NCBI GenBank assembly: GCA_027494055.1 | Contig: JAOSJO010000023.1 | Span: 377,919-441,918 of the forward strand | Source of the DNA: Anaerolineae bacterium | Lineage (GTDB): Bacteria > Chloroflexota > Anaerolineae > Aggregatilineales > JAFGMM01 | DNA length: 64,000 nt | Direction of reading: 5' to 3' | Shown here: one piece after another, positions 9,885 through 18,286 of the stretch | How positions within the stretch are numbered: position 1 is the stretch's first letter | Layout of the letters: the number at the start of each line of letters is the position of its first letter | Translations under genes and position numbers: made by a program | Notes under the pieces: generated by a model | What the model was told of the DNA's origin: nothing | The model's database searches: none | Seen by the model: the letters and a program-made list of their open reading frames with translations, nothing else

Positions 9885-10648
9885 GTGGACAGGTTCAACC
9901 GATTGGTGGTCGTCGTCCTGCTGCTGCTCGCGCTGCCCGTGTGCACCATCGCGCTGGCAATCCCCGCCGAGGCGGTGCGCTTCGTCGAAGGGCTGGGGCC
10001 GTACTTGCCACGTCGATAGCGGGGCCAGACGTGTCGCTTCTGGAGGCGGCGCAGAGCATCACGATCCCCGGTCGCGTGCTGCTGGCGCTGACGGCCATCA
10101 CCGTTGACCTCGGCATCGGGCTGCTGCTGTTCTACGAGCTGCGCCGGCCCAGGTCTGGCTTCCTCGTCAGGGCGCGGGGCAGCAAGGCCGACGTCTCGCC
10201 CGAATCGATCCAGGCGCAGGTGATGCACCACGTCAGCCAGATCGAGGGCGTGCTCGACCTCGACGTGCGCGTTCAGCCCATGACGGGGGGCCGCGTGGAC
10301 CTCACACTCGACGTGCTCACCCTGCCAGACGTGATGGTGGCGAAGAAGGTGAAGGAGATCACCGGCGTCGTGCGGCAGGTGGTGGTGAAGCACATGGGCC
10401 TGCGCCTGGGCGAGGGTCCCAGCATCCATCTGGAATTGGCCTCGCCCTCCGCTGTGGCCCATGCGGAGGACCTGGTGCGCCAGCCCGTGCCGCTGGAGGC
10501 CCCACTTGAGCCGGTCGCCGCCCTGCCGGCGGCGGAGGCCGCCAACCCGGCTCGCCCTGGCGAGAACTCAGTCGCCCGTGACGGCGCCGCTGAGAACAGC
10601 GCTGCCGTCGTCAATGAGGAGACCGATAACCCGGTAGCTCCCGGCTAG
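9885..10648 (+). CDS. membrane-anchored hypothetical protein (AmaP/Asp23-associated-like), frameshifted as assembled
   Basis: A GTG at 9885 gives VDRFNRLVVVVLLLLALPVCTIALAIPAEAVRFVEGLG. Adding one G to the G4 run 9995-9998 joins it to ORF 9941..10648 (AVLATSIAGPDVSLLEAAQSITIPGRVLLALTAITVDLGIGLLLFYEL...). The family call is tentative. Confidence 0.55.
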
Positions 10649-11158
10649 GCGGTCGTTCAGCGCGCGGAGCGCGTCCTGCACCGCCGCGTTGAGCGATTGC
10701 AGGTCTGCGTCGCCCAGCGTCACCGGGCCGACCTGCGCCGCCGTTATCTGGGCGTCGACCAGGCCCGCCGGCGTCACCGACGGGCGCACGGTGACCAGCG
10801 CCTGGGCCGCCACGCCCCGGTCGTCGTAATCGCCGTAAAGCCGGATCACGCCGTCGTCGAGGTAGATTTGCAGGTTGTCCAGGGGCACCTTCTCGCCGAC
10901 CTGGAGCGCGTATTCGCCGGCGCGGAGCACGACCCAGGAGGTCACCTCCGCCTGGCTCAGCGTGATCGTGAAGCTGCGCGTCTGCGCGGCGGCTTCCAGC
11001 GCCGTCCTGACGGCATGCTCGGCGCGGTCCGCTGCCGCCTCGGAGACCGGGATTTCAGCGCCGGGCCGGGAGGGGCCGCCCACAGGCAGGCTGCACGCCA
11101 GCGCCGCCGCAACGAGCGCGAGCAACGCAACGATTGGCAACAGTGAGGGTTTCCTCAT
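10568..11158 (-). CDS. hypothetical secreted or lipoprotein
   Basis: Intact 196-aa ORF. The signal peptide has a lipobox-like LVAAALAC|S. No domain was recognised with confidence. Its 3' end overlaps the previous gene by 81 nt. Confidence 0.7.
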   Translation of the reverse strand: MRKPSLLPIVALLALVAAALACSLPVGGPSRPGAEIPVSEAAADRAEHAVRTALEAAAQTRSFTITLSQAEVTSWVVLRAGEYALQVGEKVPLDNLQIYLDDGVIRLYGDYDDRGVAAQALVTVRPSVTPAGLVDAQITAAQVGPVTLGDADLQSLNAAVQDALRALNDRLAGSYRVIGLLIDDGSAVLSGAVTGD

Positions 11159-11221
11159 GGGGCAAATCCTGGATCATGGTTGTGTAACGGCAAGCAATTG
11201 TAACACTTAGGTGGCAAGATC

Positions 11222-11971
11222 GTGCCAGAAGAACGTGTGCAGAAACTATTGGCGCGGGCCGGGATCGGCTCGCGCCGACACTGTGAAGAGCTGATCCGCC
11301 AGGGCCGCGTGACGGTCAACGGGCGGGTGGTGAAACTGGGCGACCGCGCCGACCCGGATGCGGACGTCGTCATCGTTGACGGCGAGCGGGTGCGCATCAG
11401 CCCCACGTTCACCTACGTGATGCTCAACAAGCCACGCGGCGTGGTCTCGACGACGACGGCGCAGCGCCAGGAAACCCGCCCGACCGTCCTCGACCTGGTC
11501 GATACGCCGGCGCGGCTCTATCCCGTCGGCCGGCTCGACGCGGAGAGCGAAGGGCTGGTGTTGCTCACCGACGACGGCGACCTCGCCAACCAGCTCACGC
11601 ACCCCCGCTACGGCCACACCAAGACCTACCACGTGCTGGTGAGCGGCCGGCCGACTGAGGAGACGCTCTCGGCGTGGCGGCGCGGCGTCGTGCTCGAAGG
11701 CGTGCGCACCCTCCCCGCCGATATCAAGGTGGTGCGCGTGGAGAACGACAACACCTGGCTGGAAATGGTCCTGCGCGAAGGGCGCAAGCGCCAGGTCCGC
11801 GAGATGTGCGCCGCGCTGGGCCACCCCGTGCGCCGCCTCGTCCGCACGCACATCGGGCCGCTGGCGCTCGGCAACCTGCGCACCGGCGTGTGGCGCGAAC
11901 TCACCCCTGAAGAAGTTGCGCAGTTGAAGAAGGTCAAGGCGCAGGCGCCACGCACCAAGAAACGACGCTAA
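11222..11971 (+). CDS. rluB: rRNA pseudouridine synthase (RsuA/RluB family)
   Basis: Intact 249-aa ORF with a GTG start. It has an N-terminal S4 domain (RVQKLLARAGIGSRRHCEELIRQGRVTVNG), the catalytic motif PVGRLDAESEGLVLLTDDG, and a basic tail. Confidence 0.9.
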   Translation: MPEERVQKLLARAGIGSRRHCEELIRQGRVTVNGRVVKLGDRADPDADVVIVDGERVRISPTFTYVMLNKPRGVVSTTTAQRQETRPTVLDLVDTPARLYPVGRLDAESEGLVLLTDDGDLANQLTHPRYGHTKTYHVLVSGRPTEETLSAWRRGVVLEGVRTLPADIKVVRVENDNTWLEMVLREGRKRQVREMCAALGHPVRRLVRTHIGPLALGNLRTGVWRELTPEEVAQLKKVKAQAPRTKKRR

Positions 11972-11980
11972 GGAGAGCCT

Positions 11981-12676
11981 TTGGACACGGCGACGATCAT
12001 CACCATCGACGGGCCGGCGGCGTCGGGCAAGAGCACCGTCGGGCAGGCGCTCGCGGAGCGGCTTGGCTACCTCTTCTTCGACACCGGCGTGATGTACCGC
12101 GCGGTCACGCTGGCCGCGCTCCGGCAGGGCGTCGCGCCCGGCGACGAGGCGGCGGTGGTGCACGTCGCGGAGACCGCCGACATCGATCTCTGTGCGCCAT
12201 CAGAGCGCGACGGACGGCTCTATACGGTGTTACTCAATGCGGAAGATGTGACGTGGGCGATCCGCGCGGCGGAGATCGACGCGAACGTCTCGCAGGTGAG
12301 CGCCTATCCAGGCGTGCGCACCGCGATGACGCGCCTGCAGCGCCGCATCGGCGAGCGGGGCCGGGTGGTGATGGTGGGGCGGGACATTGGCACCGTCGTC
12401 CTGCCCGAAGCCGGAATCAAGTTCTACCTCGACGCCACGCCGCACGAGCGCGCGCGCCGGCGATGGCGCGAACTCCAGGAGCGCGGCGTCAACCAGCCGT
12501 TCGACGCCGTGCTGGAGGGCATCCGCCACCGCGATCACATCGACAGCACGCGCGCGGTTGCGCCCCTGCGCGCCGCCGCCGACGCAATAATCATCGACAC
12601 GACCGACATGGACTTGCACTCGGTCATAGAAAAGGTGTACGCTTACGTCATAGAAATGACCGATCGCGCACGCTGA
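11981..12676 (+). CDS. cmk: cytidylate kinase
   Basis: Intact 231-aa ORF with the P-loop IITIDGPAASGKSTVGQALAERLGY and typical Cmk length and layout. Confidence 0.95.
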   Translation: MDTATIITIDGPAASGKSTVGQALAERLGYLFFDTGVMYRAVTLAALRQGVAPGDEAAVVHVAETADIDLCAPSERDGRLYTVLLNAEDVTWAIRAAEIDANVSQVSAYPGVRTAMTRLQRRIGERGRVVMVGRDIGTVVLPEAGIKFYLDATPHERARRRWRELQERGVNQPFDAVLEGIRHRDHIDSTRAVAPLRAAADAIIIDTTDMDLHSVIEKVYAYVIEMTDRAR

Positions 12677-12703
12677 AAGATGGCTGAAAAGCAGGAGAGG
12701 TTA

Positions 12704-13455
12704 ATGGCCGAAGAGTTCCACATGCCCCCGGAAGATATCGATTACACGTGGCGGCGGCGCATCGTGCGCTGGCTGCTGCGCAATCTGGCGTTCAAGACCC
12801 TGGTGCAGGTGGAAGCCGAAGGCCTTGAGTACGTGCCCCCCAGGGCGGCACCATCTTAATGTTCAACCACACCGGGTTTGTGGACCCGGTGGCGGTTGCC
12901 GCCCTCGTGGACCGGGAAGACGTGGTCGCGATGTCCAAGATCGAGAACTTCAAAGACCCGCTTTTTTCGGTGTTCGTGCGCACCTGGGGCGCGTTCTCAG
13001 TGCGGCGCGGCATGGTGGACCGCAAGGCGCTGCGCTATGCGGTGCGGCTGCTCAAGAAGGGCGGCTCCATCCTCATGTCGCCAGAAGGGACGCGCGTCCC
13101 GGCGCTGCGCAAGGCGCACCATGGCGTCACCTATGTCGCGGTCAAGGCCAACGCGCTGCTCGTGCCGGTCGCGGTGGAGGGCGCGGACTACTTCCTGAGG
13201 AACCTGAGACGCCTGAAGCGCACGACGTTGAGGGTCCGCTTTGGGATGCCGTTCCGCTTCCGCTACCGCGTCAACGCAGAGGAGGAGCACGTGCCGCGCG
13301 AGCTGCTGGAGGAGATGACCAGCGAGGCGATGTACCAGCTCGCGGCGCTACTGCCCGACTACCGGCGTGGCGTGTACAGCGACCTGACGCAGATGCGCAC
13401 CGACCTGCTGGATTTCTGTGCGGAGTGCGCGCACTCAGAGGCGCGCACGGCGTAA
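12704..13455 (+). CDS. plsC: 1-acyl-sn-glycerol-3-phosphate acyltransferase (PlsC family), frameshifted as assembled
   Basis: An ATG at 12704 follows AGGAGAGG and gives MAEEFHMPPEDIDYTWRRRIVRWLLRNLAFKTLVQVEAEGLEYVPP. Adding one C to the C6 run 12836-12841 joins it to ORF 12859..13455. That ORF carries the HX4D motif NHTGFVD and PEGTR. Confidence 0.85.
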
Positions 13456-13629
13456 GCCCCCTGTTTGCCCTTAACCGAGCGGCCCTCCCGTCGTCTTGTG
13501 AGAGATGCGGGGCTTTTTGATTCGGGCCGGGCCAGAATTTGCCTTCTTATCGGATTAGGTAGATCATATTCACCGTGGCAGGGGTTCGTCGCGCCGTTAA
13601 GTGATACATCAACCTGGAGAGCAGCAGCC

Positions 13630-15398
13630 ATGGCAAGCACACCCTATGACGGCAAGATCGCGATGGTCCATTGGGATGGCCGCGCCGTCGGCGAGCGCAC
13701 CATCGAGGAGATCATCGCCACGCTCAGGCAGTGGGCGCCCAACGTGAAGGCGATTTGGGTGAAGGTTATCGACGGCGACAAGTGGCAGGCCCACTACGAC
13801 AACTCCGGCAAGCACGACCTGCGCATCAGCGGGCCGGCAGACCTGGCGCGCTGGGTGCAGAAGTGCCGCACGGCGGGCATCGACGTCCATGCGTGGTGCG
13901 TCCCGCACGGCCTCAACGTGCCCCAGGAGGCCGCGATGATCGTCGCCTGTTGCCACGTGGAGGGCATCAAGTCGATGATCCTTGACGTCGAGGTGGGCAG
14001 CAATTACTTCAGGGGCGGGCCACGCGCCGCGCGCGAGCTTGGCGAGCGCATCCGCCAGGGCATTCCGGGGCGCTTCCACCTGGCGTTGAACCTGGACGCG
14101 CGCGGCAACCACCCGCGCGACATCCACATCTGGGAGTGGTGGCCGTTTGTCGACAGCCTGCACCCGATGGTGTACCACGAGGTTTTCGGCCTGCCGGCCG
14201 ACCGGGCGGTCGCCAACGCCTTCGAGGCGCTGGCCCAGTTCAACCGGCCCGTCGTGCCCATGCTTCAGGCTTACAGCATCCGCGACGCGGAGAGCATGAA
14301 GGTCGCCGCCAACGCCGCGCTCCGCGATTACAGCGCACCGGGGATTTCGTTCTTCCGCTTCGGGGCCGCCGGGCCAAAGGAGTTCCGGGCGATCCAGGGC
14401 ATCACGGTCCCCCAGCCCGGCAACGGCGAACCAGCCGAGTTCACCAACCAGGACCTCATCAACGCCTTCGGAAAGGCCGCCCAGTTCAAGGGCGAGAACT
14501 ACTGGACCTGGATCGTGAGCGCCGGCCTGGAGTGGATCGCCAGCAACCGGAACGCGATCTACAAAGGCCCGCCCATCGACACGCTGCCCGGCCTGGACGC
14601 GGAAGAGAAGCGCCTCATCAAGCTGGCGCTCGCCGGCGAACCGCTGGACGGCGGCGAGGACGTGGTCGGGCGGTATACGAACCAGCAGATCATCAACGCC
14701 TTCTACGAGGCGGCGCGCGCCCTGGGGCAGAGCGGCAACACCTACTGGCAGTGGATTGTCTCCGCCGGCCTGGCGAGCATCGCCGACAATCGCGGGGCTG
14801 CGTATGCCGGGCCGCCGATCATGTCGCTGCCCAACCTTGCGGCGAACGTCAAGCAGGCGGTGCTGGACGCCATCCGCGCCATGCCGCCGCTCGGCGCGGA
14901 GCGCGTGTTGAGCGTGGGCTGGGTCTCGCAGCTCGATCCCAACTCCACGAAGCCGAACGACTGCGGCCAGGCGTGCGTGCTCATGCTGCTGCGCTTTTAC
15001 GGCAAGGTCGGCAACAACGTGAGCGTTGACGACCTGAGCCGCATCCAGCCGGGAAAGACGACGGCGGCGCAACTGCGCAGCCTCGCCGCGCGCTACGGCC
15101 TGGCGCTGACGGCGGATCGCACGTTTGGCTCGGTGGACAGCCTCCCAGGCTTCATCGACAAGGGGCGTCCGGTGGTCGTGCTGGTCAACTACCTTGACCT
15201 GCACTTCCCGCCCCACCTGTCGAACCCGGACCAGGGCTGGCACTGGCTGTTGGTGATCGGCTACCGGGGGACGAGTTCATCGTCCACGACCCGCTGTGGC
15301 TGCCCTCACAGCGCAACGGCCAGGGCGGGGCAAGCCTGACGATTGCGCGGAGCACGCTGCAAAACGCGCTCGTCGGCAACATCAACGCCCTTTACTAG
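13630..15398 (+). CDS. multidomain putative cell-wall hydrolase: TIM-barrel (GH25-like) domain + two ~65-aa repeats + C39-like cysteine peptidase, frameshifted near the 3' end
   Basis: An ATG at 13630 follows GGAGAG (MASTPYDGKIAMVHWDG...). Alternating strand motifs are AIWVKV / DVHAWCVP / MILDVEVG / LHPMVY. The C-terminal domain has NDCGQACVLMLLRFYG. Adding one G to the G5 run 15266-15270 gives GYRGDEFIVHDPLWLPSQRNGQGGASLTIARSTLQNALVGNINALY*. No signal peptide is visible. Confidence 0.8.
14437..14880 (+). repeat. two tandem copies of an unassigned ~65-aa protein module
   Basis: Copy 1 is FTNQDLINAFGKAAQFKGENYWTWIVSAGLEWIASNRNAIYKGPPIDTLPGL. Copy 2 is YTNQQIINAFYEAARALGQSGNTYWQWIVSAGLASIADNRGAAYAGPPIMSLPNL. 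Confidence 0.8.
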
Positions 15399-15540
15399 GC
15401 GGCGGCGTTACCGGCGTGTACGTTGCGGGCCGGCCCGGACGCTGCGCAGTCTCCGGGCATGGCGCGCGCGCGCCCACCGCCCCAATTTCTGTTGCTCATC
15501 GCCGATGCACCACTGAAGCCTTTGGAGAAGCCGTAACCTC

Positions 15541-15573
15541 GGCGGCGCTGACGCGCAGCGCGCCGCCGTTTTT
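15541..15573 (+). terminator. Rho-independent terminator
   Basis: Stem GGCGGCGC (15541-15548) pairs with GCGCCGCC (15560-15567), followed by GTTTTT (15568-15573). It lies downstream of the 13630..15398 gene. Confidence 0.7.
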
Positions 15574-15664
15574 GGGTTGTGAGCCGCGCGTCACGCAGTG
15601 CGTCGCCGCAGCGCGCGGGCAAAGCTGGACGACTACACGAAATACGAAGAGGAGGCGACTGCTC

Positions 15665-16730
15665 ATGAACCTCGACACCCTCGCGCGCCTGCACCGCGAC
15701 CGTCGCTTTGGCGTATCCAATGGCGGTTGGGCGTATGACGCCTACCCCGAGCTGGAAACCCTCGACGCGGGGCGAGCCATCACCATTGCGGTGATCGAAG
15801 GCCCGGCGGTCATCACGCAAATCCACTCGACGCAGCACTTCATGGCGGACAACTGGTCGTGGAGTCCCGACGTCGGCGCTCAAGCCGCCAGGGGCGTCGT
15901 GCTTGAGGTCTATTATGACGACGCGGCCATCCCGTCGGTGCGCGCCCCGCTGGCGGACTTCTTCGCCGATGGCTGCGGCGGGCGGGCGGTGAATTTCAGC
16001 AGCCTGTTCGTCGAAAAGGCGCCGGGCGCGTACAACTGCTACCTCGCCCATGCCGTTCGCTCACGGCGCGCGCGTCGTGCTCAGGAATGAGACAGACCTC
16101 GACCTGAGGAACTACAGCTTTGTCGAGTTTGAGCGCCTGCCGCGCTGGGATGCCGGCCTGGGCTACTTCCACGCGACCTGGAAACGCTTCGCCTTTCAGC
16201 TTCACGGGCAGACCGACCAGCCGTTCTTCCACGTCGAGGGATGCGGCCACCTGATCGGGCGCGCGTGGAGCATCTGCACGGATGAGCCATTCTTCGCAGA
16301 CTACCGCTTTGTCATGGAGGGCAACAACGAAGTCCGCATCGATGGCGACGCCCGGCCCACTGTGGATTACCTGGGCACCGAAGACTCCTTCGGCTTCAGT
16401 TGGGGCTTTCGCCAGCCGTACAGCGGGCCGTACAACGGCATGAACTACATTCAGCCGGCGGAGCCATCGCTGTTGAGCGTCTACCGCTTCAGGAGGGCCA
16501 ATCCCATCCGGTTCAACAAGAGCCTCGACTGGCGCGTGAACTGGGCGCACGAATGGACGTCAGATGCAGCCTTCCAGCGGCAGATTTCTGACCTCAATCG
16601 TGCGAATCGCTGTTGGGTGGATTACGCGACAACGTACTACTGGTACCAGGACACCGTTGGGTACGCCCACGAGGCCCTGCCCGGCCTGGAGGAACGAAGC
16701 CGCGCGGTGCTGCGCGCGAATCTTGGGTAG
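15665..16730 (+). CDS. DUF2961 / GH172-family protein, frameshifted as assembled
   Basis: An ATG at 15665 follows GAGGAGG (MNLDTLARLHRDRRFG...). The frame is lost near 16046 (AYNCYL|PMPFAHGARVVLRNE) and continues in ORF 16050..16730. Confidence 0.85.
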
Positions 16731-16743
16731 CGGCGGCGAAGTG

Positions 16744-16772
16744 TTGACAATCTTATTATTAGAAACTATAAT
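16744..16772 (+). promoter_or_regulatory. perfect consensus sigma70 promoter
   Basis: TTGACA (16744-16749), a 17-nt AT-rich spacer, then TATAAT (16767-16772). It is bracketed by the inverted repeat TGACAAT (16745-16751) / ATTGTCA (16775-16781). Confidence 0.7.
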
Positions 16773-16954
16773 ATCATTGTCACTCATGGCCGCGCCGGAC
16801 AAGCGAAACGCGCGCTTACGACGGCCAGTGTGCGCCAAACGCCCCGCGCCCCCGAACCCAGCGCCGAGGGGGACGCGCTCGGTTCGCCAGGCCTGAAGCG
16901 CGCGTTTGGCAGCCTTTCGTATCCTTCAGCCTTCGCCACAAGGAGTAGCCAGAG

Positions 16955-18073
16955 ATGAAAAGACCGACGCGCTTATCCCTCCTGAGTGTGATCTCGCTGA
17001 CCCTGCTCTTGACCCTGGCCGCCAGCCCCGCCGCCGCCGCGCCAGACATCGCGCCTGTCTCCGCAGCAAACACGCAGTGCACGCGCGTGCTCCCGCCGCT
17101 GCTTGAGGTCGGCGGATTTGGCATGGTGCGGAACAACTCCATCCCGATCCGCGTGCGCGCCGCCGCCGGCGGCCCCGTGTCAGTGGGGCACATCAACACC
17201 GGCGATTATTTCGAGGTGCTGGAAGGGCCGGAATGTGTCAACCCCGGCGACGGCATCCACTACAACTGGTGGAAGATCCGCGTGCCGTCCAAAGGCGACC
17301 TGGAAGGCTGGGTGCCAGAGGCCTCGCCCTACTCGCGCTGGCTGTGGCCCTATCCCGGCGACTGCGCCGGCGCGCCGGCGCAGCAACTCGCGTTCGGACA
17401 GGTCGGGAAGGCGACCGGAAACGGCATTCCCATCCGGGTGCGGAACGCGCCGGGCGGCAGCCGGCTCAGCTACATCTACCGGGGCGACACCTTCGACGTG
17501 GTCGGTGGGCCGATCTGCGCCGACCCCGGCGATGGGATCGTCTATAGCTGGTGGCAGATCCGCCCGCACCGCCAGCCGACCCTCATCGGCTGGGTGCCGG
17601 AGGCGTCACCCTACTCGCGCTGGCTCACCGCCAGCGGCATTGTCAAGCCCGACCCGGTGCAGGTCGTCGTGGAGTTCACCGACGTCATCGTAACCGACGT
17701 CACGAACACGGCAACGACCACCACCATCCCGGACGATGCAGAATGGCGCGTGCAGGCGAACTTCACCATTGGCGGGGACCCGTTGGAGGCGACGCTCGCA
17801 GTCGCCGCAATGGCGCTGGACGGCGTGGAGTGGACCTACACGCTGACCGCGACCCCAGTGGGCGGCGGCGCTGACGTGACCCTCGGCACGGCCACCGGTC
17901 CCGTCATCAACGACGAGTTGGAGTACAACGCACTGGGCGACGCGCCGATCATCACCATCCCCGCCGGCACGCTCGCCGCCGGCGACTGGGAACTGAGCGG
18001 CGCGCTGAGCTTCAGCGCGGACCGACAATCGGGGCGGTACCATACACCGCCAGCCACAGCGGGCCAACCGTGA
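16955..18073 (+). CDS. secreted hypothetical protein with two SH3b-like modules
   Basis: Intact 372-aa ORF with signal peptide MKRPTRLSLLSVISLTLLLTLAASPAAAAP. Two paralogous modules lie at about 17108-17360 and 17393-17640. Both contain IPIRVR...GD.F.V..GP.C..PGDGI.Y.WW.IR...GWVPEASPYSRWL. Confidence 0.8.
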   Translation: MKRPTRLSLLSVISLTLLLTLAASPAAAAPDIAPVSAANTQCTRVLPPLLEVGGFGMVRNNSIPIRVRAAAGGPVSVGHINTGDYFEVLEGPECVNPGDGIHYNWWKIRVPSKGDLEGWVPEASPYSRWLWPYPGDCAGAPAQQLAFGQVGKATGNGIPIRVRNAPGGSRLSYIYRGDTFDVVGGPICADPGDGIVYSWWQIRPHRQPTLIGWVPEASPYSRWLTASGIVKPDPVQVVVEFTDVIVTDVTNTATTTTIPDDAEWRVQANFTIGGDPLEATLAVAAMALDGVEWTYTLTATPVGGGADVTLGTATGPVINDELEYNALGDAPIITIPAGTLAAGDWELSGALSFSADRQSGRYHTPPATAGQP

Positions 18074-18120
18074 GCATCACGCCGTAAGCGTGCGTGCGCT
18101 GGCCCCGTTGATAGCCAGAC

Positions 18121-18150
18121 GCAGCGCCGGCGGTCGCGGGCCGGCGCTGC
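18121..18150 (+). terminator. terminator-like GC hairpin with a weak U-tract
   Basis: Perfect 11-bp stem gcagcgccggc / gccggcgctgc with an 8-nt loop, followed by gtgaatttct. Confidence 0.45.
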
Positions 18151-18286
18151 GTGAATTTCTCCCCAAAAACTGGGCATATCCGGCGCAAGCCATTGACGCC
18201 ATACTTTATTGATTCTATCTTAATAGCGAGGCAGACGTACTGGTCGCCGCCGTTGGCCGCACGGTCGTTGTAGAAGGAGCGCCGGC

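Noticed and set aside
16786-16896. 36-codon ORF (MAAPDKRNARLRRPVCAKRPAPPNPAPRGTRSVRQA) in the leader after the consensus promoter, considered as a leader peptide
   Set aside because: It has no Shine-Dalgarno and would start only about 7 nt from the predicted transcription start. Its Arg/Pro-rich composition is what random GC-rich frames give.
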